Source: Sphagnum compactum (lineage: Eukaryota). From it: DNA of 64,000 nt. This document shows positions 20,270-32,535 of the stretch, piece by piece. Location: positions 2,976,001 to 3,040,000 of the forward strand of contig OZ234494.1 in the NCBI GenBank assembly GCA_965153455.1. The letters are read 5' to 3'. The stretch's first letter is position 1. Each line of letters starts with the position of its first letter. A model generated the notes under the pieces. It made no database searches, was not told the DNA's origin, and saw only the letters and a program-made list of their open reading frames with translations. A program made the position numbers and the translations under genes.

Positions 20270-22792
20270 CAGAAAACAGCTTCAGCTGAGAATTCCTTCT
20301 GTAATTATTTAGTGCTAGCACCTTCATTGTAGTGCTGGATTAGATCAAAAGAGAAAGGAGCATATATTAGTGTATACTTGCTTGTAAGGGGACCCTGCAC
20401 TAGGATTGCCTCTGTAATGCACTGTAGAACAGTTCCACAGATGAGCCCCTTTTGGGGGCACTTTACTGTATCAATCTGTACTAGGATAGTTTGCCCAGCC
20501 AACCTCAATGAATACATGATGCTCGAGTTGAGGTTGCTTTGTGCTTCTTAGTTGAGGATCCAGACTCGCAATGTCAGCACTGTAATGGGGAAGCAATTGT
20601 TGCCTCAAGTTGCGATCTTTGAGGTTTGCTGTTGAGAATATATACTCACCTTAATTCACAGTTATGCAGAAGTGTCTTTGAATTTGCCCAAAATGTGGAT
20701 GCTATGCACTCGCCTACATCTTTGACATTATGAAGGAGAGGAGGATTCTCAATTGGGACTCATATTATTATACAAGACAATCCTGTCTTTGAAACTCTTG
20801 TTGGCTCTGCCTGTAAGGGAGAGAATGCAGAACCATGTAGTTTTCATTCGGTCCCACATGTTGAGGAATTTGCCCCAGGTGTTAGTGTGCAACTGTGATG
20901 AGTGATGAGTTCAGTTTTTGGAAGATTTCCTATTTTGATTGTTGTTGCAGGTTTGAACTTGCCATCAGGGGCAGAGTTGGCAATGCCATGAGCTGCTTGT
21001 TTGCAATATTTTGAATATAATTTTGTGTCCATTTTTAAGAATCTTTTTTTTTTTTTTTTACATTTGTTGTTCAAAGATGTAAGTTCCAAATTATTAAGAG
21101 ACTTGGAGCTTTGGAATTCTAAACAGTAAACGATTATAGTCCACACCATGTTCAATTAGACAACCTTTACAACCTCTTCAATGATTATTTGGAATTAGTG
21201 TGCATTTACAAATACTGTAATAATCCATGTGTTTGCTCTATTTCACATTATTCATGAAATTTGATGGCACTCAATGAAAAAAGAAAAATACCCATTGAAA
21301 ATACCAATTTGGGAATTGTATATGACAACCCACTTGATCATTTTGTTTGTTTAAAAGTACATACATGAAACTAAAAACAAGTGAAAAAAGCTGGACCATG
21401 GTGCTCAAAATCCATCCAAGGAAAGAAAAAGAAAAGAAAAAATTCCATCCAAGAAACACAATACAATAGTGAGACTTGTTTGTGTGTCTGACAAGAACAC
21501 ACAGAAATATCAGCATTGCTTACTGCTTACAAGGTTCTTGGATTCTTTGACTTTTCCCTTCTCATATGGAAAATGGGAAAGGAAAAAACCGCAAATCCAT
21601 TGATGTTTCCATTGTAGGATGGTGGTTTCTTACACTCTTATTACAAGATGGAAAAAGGCTCTTACTTCAAAGCTGCAATCTGTAAATAACTGGGTACACA
21701 ATCACAATCATGGTCTTGTCATGAAGGGTTTTCTGCAGCTGCAAAAACCATGTCTCCCCTTGAGCTCTAGAGTAAGCATGGTATGTGTCCATCAATGTTT
21801 TGTGAGAAGGGAGATTCAAAACTGAGAACATCACATGGTTTGAGGGAAGAGAGCTGAGGAAACAGCTGAGAACAGTGGAATTTCAAGGGTTCAAATCTTC
21901 CTTTCTGTAGAGAATGTAGGAGCCTGCTATGTATTCATTGTTGATCTGATCATACTCTTTGCAATAGATTTGGCTTTGTCCAAACACCACAATCTACAAA
22001 TTTGAACACAATTTCACCCAGCATTCCTTGACAAAGAGTGAAGTGGTGCACAAGTTCAAGCACTCTATCCTTGTGTAAGTTTCTGCAAAAATGAGATAAA
22101 GCAAATTCCAGCACACAAAGAAGCTTGCCAAATACTCCACTTAGAATCAGCATAACAGCCTTTACAAACAAGCTTTTAAATCAAACATACAGAGCAATGA
22201 CATATCATCCTGCACACTAACCAACAAGTCTTACTCAAAAGGAAAATCCTGTATGGAATCCGAAAAAGCAAAGAGAGAAAAAGAATGTTCACACATGATA
22301 ATGTACACAAGCATAATCACTACATGAACTTCACATACTCTGCTTTTTTTTCCTACCCTTCTATGTTTGCCAGATGAAATGTCTATTTCTGCTGTTTCCA
22401 AGACTGGACCTGGAGTTTGTGTTACAAACATGTGAAGGTGACCCGAAGAAAGAGGGGGTGAGTTTGCATGAGAAGTGATATGAAAACCTATAATAGCAAA
22501 TCTTTTGTAAACTTGTAAAGCCACAAGCTAAAAATGCCATCAACTAAGCAGTGGTGATGATGTTAAATCGTGAAAAACTAGCGTAACTGGAAACTGTATC
22601 AGGAGAAAAACAGGATGTACCTTGAAGCAGCTAAGCCTGCTACTCAGATTGAGATATGTGGTGGCTGTGCTCTAACTAATGTAAAATGGTAAAGAGAAGC
22701 AACTACAAGAAACCAAACATTGGAGCTTCTGTTGATCATTCTCTTACCAAGGCCCTATGAGATCTTACTGCTGGCCAATGCTTTTGCTTCAC

Positions 22793-25704
22793 TCATTGTG
22801 GCTGTCTCTCTGCCATTGTTTTTGCCTCTGTTTTTGGTTGGAATGCTTTGAACATGCTCCCAGAGACAACAGACTCTGGTGGATTGGGCATACCAAGAGC
22901 ATTCCACACAGAGCTTTGTGCTGCTTCTTTGGGATCACCTACTCTCAAACTCTTTGGAGCCCAGAGAGCCCCATCAACTCGCCTACCTTCAGGTCGATCT
23001 CTTGGGTGCTTACCTAACACAGGAGTTGTTGTACCAGGCAGTCTACTGACAGGCAACACACTGCCATTTACTGTTGAGGCAGCAGCTGGAGCACCAGCAA
23101 CTGCTGCTGCCCATGGCAGGGGCACAGTCCAACCTCCCCAACCTGGAGGAACAACCCAATGAGACCCAGGCATCCCTGGTAGGAGAGATGCCCATGGAAG
23201 AACTCCAGCTCCAGTCCAAATACCATTGGGAGGTGCGTTCCAGGTTGCCATTCCATTCCCTGATAGTAGCTGTCCAGTTCCAACAACCCCATGGCTTCCA
23301 GCAGGCACTGTCCCACTCCACCCAACATTAAATCCATAAGGCCAAGCCCCATTGTAGAAGCTAAAGGGACCTCCTGTGCCACCAGCAGCCAAAACACCAG
23401 CATCACCCACTGCCATTGGCCTGTACAAACCCCCAACATCAGGTTGGAGAATAGGATGTAAGGGTATGGGGACTGCAGTATTAGCAGCTTCCTGGGTGGT
23501 GGTCGAATCTTGTTCTGGTAGAGAACTGGCACACTCATCAACTTCTTCCTTCTTTTCTACTTCAGATGGTAGCTCACCAGCACCATTTACACCATTTTGT
23601 GATCCATTCATAGCAGTAATTTGGTGGACTTCACCTGCTACTTGAAAGCCTTCCATCATGCTGATCTCACCACCTGCTTCCAAACAAGAGAATGTACTGT
23701 TTAGTCTTCAATGATAGTAATTGGAAAGTCCATTGGAACCAAGGTTTTAGTGTCAAACAACCAACCATTGATAACAGTTTACAGAAAGAAGACAATAGAA
23801 CATCAGATATCAACAAACACCAACTTTGTGACATGCATCCCATTCAAAATGAGACCAATCACATGGTTTAACTATTTGCTCCAAGACTCCAGTGCCTTTT
23901 AAGTAGGACAGGGCACACAAATCAATGTCCCTGCTTGCAAATAAAGGACACCTGATCCAGAGTGCATACTGCTAAGGTGAAGATCAACAATAGCACCATT
24001 CTTAACAAACTATGGTTTTAAAGGGCTAATTCATTTTGCATGACACTGACCTGAGGCATCATGAGCATCTTTGCAGGGATACAGCTGTGGAGGAACTGTC
24101 CCTGATGCATGCCTTGAAAAAACTGCACCATCAGGAGGGCCATGGTCTTGACGGATTGATGTAATTGTACTACTACCAGAACTAGCATCAAGAGCTGGGA
24201 GGGCAGGACATTGGCGAGGGATCTGAGGATGCTTCAAGGGGGAGATTCTTGACCCAGCGCAGGGGAGTAGCTGCTGTACACTCTCCTGGGAATCAGCTTC
24301 AACCGTAGCAACAACTGACCGATCAGCCATTGCGCCATTCCGAGCCTGCAATCCGACATGTTTGTTCTTCCTGCGACCTGCTCCAACAGGAACATTTCTT
24401 AGTGTGCCTCCAGCAGTCCAGTACCTCTGGCAGTTCTTGCAAAAGTGGCGAGGCTGATTTATGTTGTAGTTGTTGTAGTAGCAAAACTTTGTATCCAGGC
24501 TCTCACACCGAGGACAAGGGGCTGGCTTATCTGGCTTCTTTAGATTTTTCCCTTGGGACCCAACTTCTTGACCTCCTTCTTCTGCCTCCTTGTGTTCATT
24601 ACTTCTCCCCTGGCTGTCCTCAGCTGTTGCAACAGCTACTGAATTGGTCCCTGTGGCTGTCACAGTCAAGTCAGTCTCCTGTTTGCCAGACTTCAATGAC
24701 TTCTCGTCCTCTGCTGCCTCTGCAGGTTCATTGCTACCTAAGGAGCTCCCAAGCTCATCCACAGGTCCCGTTCCCATTGCTTTACAATTATCCTCTGTCC
24801 ATTGCACAGTTTCTTCTCCTACCTCCTCTGCATCCCCTTCCTCCTGTGCATGCCTACCTTCCTGCACAAAGCACAATACCAACAGAGTCTTCTTCTTTGA
24901 GAAAAAAATTCCCTCTCTTTTCTCTGATGTTTCAGATATACCAACAGAGTCTTCTTCTTTGAGATAAAATTTCAATCTGTTTTTTCATGATGTTTTTTAG
25001 CTATTCCACAGACATTCTTCTGTGGAGTCCATGACAAGATACTCGGAAAGAGTCTGAAAGAGGAACTCATGTGACGGTAACCTAACCTAGAAACCTTCAA
25101 CAGCAGTTGATACTTTCAGAGGAAGGATCCGGTGATCTTAGACATCGATAATAATAGTTACTGAAGAAATCAGCAAACGATTTGATTTGCTTGAACAAGC
25201 ACAGATCAGCGACGCGGCATGTTGTCGATAGAAGAAGAGGAAGAAGACGACAGCCTTCTGTAAAGACGACATGCGGAAAATGTATACACATGAAGGAAGG
25301 AAGAAGTCCTACACAACGACGACCTTTGTAACTGCCTTTGCTATGTGGCTTCCAAGTGCGTTTACAAAATCAGACTCCTACTGGAAACAAGTCCGGACAT
25401 GTATTCCCTATCGCATTTCGGTAAACAAACAACGGAACTGCGAAGCAGGAAGCCGTAGATAGAGTGAAGAGGAGAGGAGGGAGGAAAACAGGCAACCAAC
25501 CTCAGTGCACGGGGGAGCGCCTTTCTGCAGCGGGCAGTTAGGATCGTCCGTGATCACTTCGCCGGTATCGGCATCGACAACAGCACCGCCTGCAGTTACT
25601 GGAATGGTTCTACCGAAAAGCTTGATGGCGGGGTCTGCAGTCACAGGGGGACTTGCCGCTTGTTCTTCCTCCTCCTTCATCAGCCACTTTCTAAGCTTGG
25701 ACAT
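22793..25704 (-). CDS. Dof zinc-finger transcription factor, CDF (cycling Dof)-like. Exons 25704-25501, 24861-24051, 23673-22793 (~631 aa)
   Basis: Dof domain [51 protein letters not shown]-terminal IKLFG, C-terminal [27 protein letters not shown] and MFKAFQ. Two phase-compatible GT-AG introns give a 1896-nt frame. The start could instead be the ATG at 25680. Confidence 0.9.
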
Positions 25705-26180
25705 GTAAATAGAAGAGTGCTTGTCCGACGACGGCAAGTGACATGCAAATCAAGAATCTGACAAATCCTCGGGAGCTGGCTAGAGATAAGATACATAAGA
25801 GGAAGGAAAAGATGCACGGCAGAATCGGGATCGCTGATCTCAAGTGTGCATGTCCTCAAAATGAATTCCGCAGGGTTGTGGCTGACGACGACGACGACAC
25901 CAGCCAGTTGCCGCCAAAGCAACACAATCAGGAAATTTGCAAACTCGGAAACAAAGAGAAAGCAAAAAGGGGCGGGGGGAATAAAGTTATTCACGGATCT
26001 GCAGCGCAACGAGAGTTAGGAAAGGAAGCAGCAAGCTACTGCAGTGTAGCAGTAAGTGCAGGGAGAAAGTCGGGCGACGACAATTGCAATGCTCTTCTTC
26101 TTCATCTTCTTCTTCTTCTGCCACCATCGCCAAACGCGTGTGCGAAGAAAACAAAAGCGCCCGGGAAAAAACACAGCAGC

Positions 26181-26182
<2 letters not shown>

Positions 26183-26211
<29 letters not shown>
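26183..26211. repeat. (GA)n/(CT)n microsatellite in the Dof 5' region
   Basis: GA run upstream of the Dof start codon. Confidence 0.85.
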
Positions 26212-26327
26212 CAAACGACTGAAACCCTTTTTCCACGGGTGGTGGAAAAGACCAAAATCTTGACACGCACGCAAAGCCAACGACCGCTCGACTTAGCCTG
26301 GACTTCCACCTGCAAATCCAGATCCGA

Positions 26328-26517
26328 CACGTGCAAAAGATCACGTGTTCTCCAGCAATTTTAGCTAATCGAACACCACGGTCAAAATGAAGGAGTGGGT
26401 GGCCGGGGGGGGTCCATCCAGAGGCCAACTCTTTTGGCACCTGGATTGGGGGAAGTCGATTGATCTGTAAATCAGTGGAGTTAGGATATCACTGTACGTC
26501 CTAGATGACGACACGTG
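26328..26517. promoter_or_regulatory. Cluster of three G-boxes (CACGTG) upstream of the Dof gene
   Basis: CACGTG at 26328, 26342 and 26512, and TGACG at 26506. Function is inferred only. Confidence 0.45.
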
Positions 26518-27315
26518 GGTGGCCACAGGTGACCTTTTTGCACGTAAAGTGCAAGCTCAGTGTAGTGTGGGATGTGGAAAACAAAAAGGCAAAAGGAGGG
26601 CCGGCGCACTTTTTGAATTTCCTGTCACGGGAAAAAGTTTCTAGAGAGAGAGATCGTTTTCGCGGGCTGCCCAAAACATTATTTTTCCCCCTTTTATTGG
26701 TTGCCCAAATGCCGGTATTGAATGTCACGGAAAGGCCAGAGAAAGAGCAGAAGAGGGTAAAAGTGTAATGGTAAATAATAGCCTTTTTCCCGGGCTCCTT
26801 ACACTTTTACTCCGGCTTTTTCGTTGGAACCGAAAAGTCACGTTTGAAATTGCATTTAAGGGTAAGAGGAGAAAAGAAGGTAAAAGTATAAAGGTAAATA
26901 GGGTAACTCCTCACAGGTTCTCAGAACCGTACACCCAATTATTTTTTAAACTCAGCCCGGGTTTTTTTTTTTGGGAAATGGAATTTGATGTGCGGCCCGA
27001 GTGACGGAAAGGGCGGTGGAAAGAGAGGGGGGGAAAAAAAAAAAAGGCCCAAAAAGCGGCAATTGGATAAGCAACAAGGCTGACGAAGAAAAAGGGACAC
27101 AAAAAGCAGGTCCCAAGTTCCAACAAGTAAAAGACAGTAATAGTCATGGGGTATTTAGCATCCAAAATAAATCCCAATTTTTGTGGGAACAAAATAGGGA
27201 ACAACAATTTGACAAAACAATTGGAATAGAATTGAAGAGTACTGTGAGAACGAATTGGAAACATGTGGAGAACAAAACCCTTGAACACACAAAATAGGCA
27301 ATCTTCAAGTTCCTA

Positions 27316-27987
27316 TCTTATATATAAATTCACGTAGTCCGTCTGTCCGTGACGGAGCTCGGGTTTCACGCGAACCGGGCGCGGCGCGCGTCGAGGTCCT
27401 GAAACCGAGGTCCTGAGAGAAAAAAAAAGTAATAGCAACAGGAGAAGAGTAGCAGTCCCAACCTGAGAAAAAAAAAAGTAATAGCAACAGGAGAAGAGTA
27501 GCAGTCCCAAGTGAGAAGAACAACAAGAGGAACCAACCAGGAGAAAAGTAATAATAGCAGTATGAGAAAAATCGGGTTTCACGCCGACCGGGCCCGGCGC
27601 GCGCGTCGAGGTCCTGTCCGTCCGTCAAGGTCCTGAAACCCAGATCGGGACCCGCCTCTCCGTCCTCGACCATAACCACCCAAAAACCTGCCTGGCTCCT
27701 CTTTTCCAGGTTTTCGTGAAACCCGGCAGTTCTGTGGTTATGAGGATGAGATATCATGTATTTGTAGTTCCGTCCAATTAGGAGTTCTGGATGGATTGAT
27801 GATGTGGATGAAATATTATGTATTTATATAATTCTATCCATTGAGGGGTTCTGGATGGATTGATGATGTGGATGAAATATCATGTATTTGTAATTCCGTC
27901 CAATTATGGGGTTCTTTGGGGTCTCCTTTGGACTCCCAGTTTTTTCCCAGTGCCGTGTCGTGCCTTGCAGGCACGGGAGTCCACTAG
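27316..27987 (+). mobile_element. Non-autonomous Helitron (672 bp)
   Basis: Inserted between A (27315) and T (27988). 5' end TCTTATATATAAA, 3' end CTAG, GC-rich hairpin CGTGCCT-TGC-AGGCACG at 27959-27975, 8 nt before CTAG. Contains internal short tandem duplications. Confidence 0.85.
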
Positions 27988-28469
27988 TTTTATTTATTTC
28001 ACAAGTGTTGTAAAGAGTTGAGGATGCATAATGCATACCAAAGGAGGAGGATCAAGGGCTAGAATTTTTTTTCAATTTTTTGGTGGGTTCATTCATGGTC
28101 ATATTCTACAATGTTGTTCCAAAAAAAACTAACTCCCAACTTTGTTAGAAAGTAAATTTTCCTGCCTTTTATCCCAAGTAGCTTTCATTTTAGGGGGATC
28201 TCTAACCTTGTTTCAAACCCTTCTCAGTCTAACAACATGTTTTTCAATGCACTACCTGACATTTGTGCAAGCATCACATGACACACAAGCATTCGCAGAT
28301 GGCTAAATCTTCAAGGGATCAAACCCATGGTTCTATCCTCCTGCTCTTCTAATGACTCTAACCTAACAACATGCCCCTCAATGGACATAGGTCTCGATAA
28401 CCAGTCATATACGCAATCCAACTTGTAACTTCACCTATTTCATTGCTTGTCAAATCTTTGTGTTCAGGA

Positions 28470-30330
28470 TGATGCAGCATGGAATCTGACATCAACGAGA
28501 CCATTCATATTCTAGTCACAATTACCTTGCCAAAGTTCTCTGGCAGTCTCTCAGGATCCAACCTAGTTGCTTGGGTTTTCGAAGTTGAGCATTTCACTCA
28601 GTTATACTCTGAGAATCCCAAATACCCTCCTCACAATCATTATCCTCAAGCTCCTAGGCAATCTGTGCATGCATTCAAATGATCTTTCCAAGCATTCATC
28701 TTCAAGCAAATAGAAGTTCAAATGTCACACACTACTTGGATTGAGACCTGCAACAAAAGCTCAAGTGTTCACACATTTCTCAATGGTCACATAGAAGCTT
28801 CCTTATGCATAACTGACCATAACCAGAATCTCCACACCCTGATTGGCTATTGGGTTACAAGTTGCATGCATAACCTTCAACCTCCATTTCATTAGCAACC
28901 TACTAGGTACTCACAGCACAAGGTACCAAGTACCAACATTGGCTCTCTTTGGCCCCATGATTCCATTAACCCTATCAACCTCGGACCTTTGTTTCATCAG
29001 CAACCTACTAGGTACTCACATCACAAGGTACCAAGTACCAATGTCAGCTCTCATTGGCCCCATGATTCCATAACCCTATCACTGCTTGGATGAAAACAGT
29101 TGTCTCAATTCTCATTACCATCAGTTATGCCTGGTGGTCGGAGCCGGTTACATTGTCCATAATTTGCTCCACACCAGCACACCCCATTTTTCATCTTCCT
29201 CATGTTTCTTGCTGATGCATCAGCCTTATTGGTTTGTCTAGAACTGTTATACTGCACATCAATGAACACAACACAATGGATGAGCTCAGTGCTTCATCTA
29301 CAAACAACCTTATCTTTGTGCCATCAAAAGATTCATATTGGGATTCTTTCATGTCATCAGTTACCGACAAACCATGTACCATGAGAAACACATGGAACAG
29401 AAAACATAGGATAAAGGGGAGATGCATCTATGCTCCAGAAGCACCATCTGCAGTCTCTTTCTGCAGTTCCAATGGGATCTCTCATCCATGAGAATAGCCC
29501 ATAACTTCACTGGCATCTTGGTGATTTGTGTAGATTACAGAAAAAACAAATCGAAATGCTGGTGATCATGCCATTTCTCTCTTCCCTGCATCACCAAGTG
29601 ACTCCCAGCTCATTAATGACAATGCACAAGTATAGTTATCATGCTCATTGAAAGTTGTTCTGCAGACATTAGCACTCTCAGCATGGTTTGTGCACATTGC
29701 TGGAAGAAAGTACCTGACTCTCAATTTTGAGTTGTCATTCCTCAGAGATTGTACTCTCAGTGCTATGACCTGTGGACTGGAAATGGGATTAGATTGGCTT
29801 CAGTTACTCCTGATGAAGCATGACATGACAAAATTCCCAACATGTCTAGCATGACCCTGAACGTGATTTGCACCTACTGGAAGCCATTCTATTCTACATA
29901 TCTATGAAGTTGCAGCCAACAACTTGGAAGGTTACACTAGAATGGGTGCAATCATAACCTTACAAGAGTCACTCACGAAGTGTCAGACAATCGCCTTCAT
30001 CATGAATAGCAGTGACAAGCTGCCATGACTAACCAATCACTGGCTTGTACAATCCAATCCATACATGTAATATGGAAATACTATTCAAAAACTTATCTTG
30101 CCAAGTTCTTCAATTGATGACCTTGAATCACCACTGTCCACAGGTCTATGAATGTAACAGAACCAATTTATTTTGCAAGTAATTTCTTTGATACCCCAGT
30201 CATGGCATTGACCTAGTCTAGTGTCCACTATAAATTCATGCACTCCTCAGGCTTCACATTGAAAGATATGTAACTTGTGCTACTGTTTCAATGGCAACTG
30301 CCATGCTAAATTCAGATTGGACACTCACTG
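28470..30330 (+). mobile_element. Possible highly decayed Ty3/Gypsy relic
   Basis: ITLPKFSGSLSGSNLVAWVFEVEHF (gag-like, ORF 28479-28682) and DHAISLFPASP (~29563, resembles a pre-RT motif). Otherwise weak. Confidence 0.3.
28888..29081. repeat. ~106-bp tandem duplication
   Basis: AGCAACCTACTAGGTACTCAC...GGCCCCATGATTCCAT occurs twice. Confidence 0.85.
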
Positions 30331-30689
30331 GTCAAAAGTGCAATATTGTGGATTTCTTCTCCAAAATTTGCACATTAAAAACTCCTGCTGAATACAAAAC
30401 CCTTTAAAATTCCCACTGAATGACATATGAGATGCCCTACCGCAAATGTGCAACATACCAGTGGACTTTAAGGAGTTGAAATAAGTACAAAGGAACTTGT
30501 CAAGGCATTGTGCATTACCATGGTGTCATTCAGTTGAAGTAAAATACATGGATTGAGGATATCTGATGCCTAAAATGGTGTCTAGAGGCATCTAATGTGA
30601 GTCAAGATGATCAGTAAAGATGCAGAAAATGTTGTTAGCAATTCCCTGAAATGGTCCTAGCTCCTTCAGTAAGGACCAAGAAGAAGAAG

Positions 30690-31968
30690 CTATAGTTCCT
30701 TCTCAATGATATCCCGTATGACATCCCCGGGAAGCAATCCTTCAGTGCGTATGGCAAGTTTCTCTGTATCTTTGCTCACGAAAACCATGGTTGGCAGTCC
30801 ACGAATCTGCACAGCAGATAATGACACTTAGTTGTCACTATTTACAACTCTGTTGCACTGTTGTCACACAACACACCTCTTATAATTTGGTCACAGAAAA
30901 GTACAGACAAGGAGTGCAGGAGAGTTAAGAGAACAGAAACAGACCTCCATTTGGGTAGCAAGCTCATGCTCCTCATCTGTATCGATTTTCAAGAACCGAA
31001 CTCTGTCACCATACTCAACAGCTAGCTGCAACAATCCACAAGGACCCACTGTTCATGAATTGATCACTTGATGCATTTCAGCAAGTTCCATTTTCTTCAC
31101 AATCCTGGAAGAAATACAACAATCTGACATTCCAGCTGTGCTACCAGAAGAAGGGTAAATGTTGAACACTTTGGATAAGAAAAACAATGGTATCCTCAAG
31201 GTGGCCTGTCTGCAAAGAGACAACCTTGAGGCCTAGATGCAAGAGTATCTGGTCTGGGACACAACCCTGATAGATTAAGATTTTAGCAGCTGTGAATTTG
31301 AAATTTTAGGGTTAGGGTCAGGGTTTAGGGTTTAGGGTTTAGGATCAACACCGACGCACCATCTCGAGCTCTTGAGCTAGTAGAATGCAAGGGCCACACC
31401 AGGTCGCATAGAAGTCGACCACCACGGGTTGACTCCTTTCCCCAGCAAGAATATCATCTAATTCTCGTGCGGTGACCTTTTGCTGCTCAACATGCCCACA
31501 CGCCAAATACAAACCGTCTTAGTGCACCCGTCTCAAACCCCAATTCTTATCGTATTCTATAAAATCGCCTTTCTTCACCATCCCACCGGCCACAATCGCA
31601 CTAATCTGCACAAGAGAATCCGAGACCAATTAAAAAAACAAAAAAAAATCTGCAAGGGCCACCGAGCTCTGAACCTTTCAGCGGCACTTTAGAGAGAAAG
31701 AACGTACCACGAGAGGAGCATCTTTCGCTACCGTGGAATGAATAAAGCGTTTACTGCAAGCTGATGGTTTAAAGCAGACCGACCTTGTCACTCGCTTGCC
31801 CACAAAACCAGAGCTAAGCATGCCGGCACAATTTCTAGATCGCCACCGTCGCACCACCTCTCTGTTGCTCCTCCTGCTGGATGCCACTGCTACTCTTCCC
31901 GGCAACAAATGTGCCTTGTTCGCCAGCACGCAGGGTGATGCAACCAAGGAAGCACAGGGTGCAGCCAT
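30690..31968 (-). CDS. TRXz: Plastid thioredoxin z (CITRX). Exons 31968-31708, 31482-31360, 31025-30945, 30806-30690 (193 aa)
   Basis: S/R-rich transit-peptide-like exon 1, then VVDFYATWCGPCILLAQELEM-LAVEYGDRVRFLKIDTDEEHELATQME-IRGLPTMVFVSKDTEKLAIRTEGLLP. All three introns are GT-AG and phase 0. Confidence 0.93.
31305..31343 (+). repeat. Interstitial plant telomere-type repeats (TTTAGGG) / telo-boxes in TRXz intron 2
   Basis: TTTAGGG TTAGGG TCAGGG TTTAGGG TTTAGGG TTTAGG. Confidence 0.8.
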
Positions 31969-32067
31969 GGCTTTCAAGCTTTGCCACAGCACGAAAAGCC
32001 CCACAAATCAACACAACAAACAAAACACTCAAAACACAATCTGTATGCAAAAAATTCACAAGTAAGA

Positions 32068-32535
32068 AGGTATGTATAGGCAGGTAGGAAAATAGCCACC
32101 TATTTTCCTACCTACCTACCTACTTTCCTATTTTATTATGGGTTTTCCTCTAGGTAAGAAAATATGTCACATAGGAAAATAGCATATCAAAATAGGTAGG
32201 AAGATAGCCACCTATGTTCCTACCTACCTATCCACATCTTCCTACCTTGCTACCTACCTAATGTGGCTATTTTCCTACCTATCTATCTATTATCCTTTTT
32301 TCTTATGGGTTTTCCTATAGGTAAGAAAATAGGTCACATAGGAAAATAGCATATCAATATAGGTAGGAAGATAGCCACCTATGTTCCTACCTACCTATAC
32401 ACACCCTCCTACCTTGCTACCTACCTAATGTGGCTATTTTCCTACCTACTTACCTATTTTCTTAAGGGTTTTCCTATAAGTAAGAAAATAGGTCACATAG
32501 GAAAATAGCATATCAAAATAGGTACCTATGTTCCT
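32068..32535. repeat. ~160-170-bp tandem array rich in AGGT/ACCT, left segment
   Basis: ATAGGTAGGAAGATAGCCACC recurs at 32192 and 32359, with a partial copy at 32518. Confidence 0.8.

Noticed and set aside
22757-26440. Many antisense and alternate-frame ORFs over the Dof gene
   Set aside because: Shadows of GC-rich coding sequence and microsatellites.
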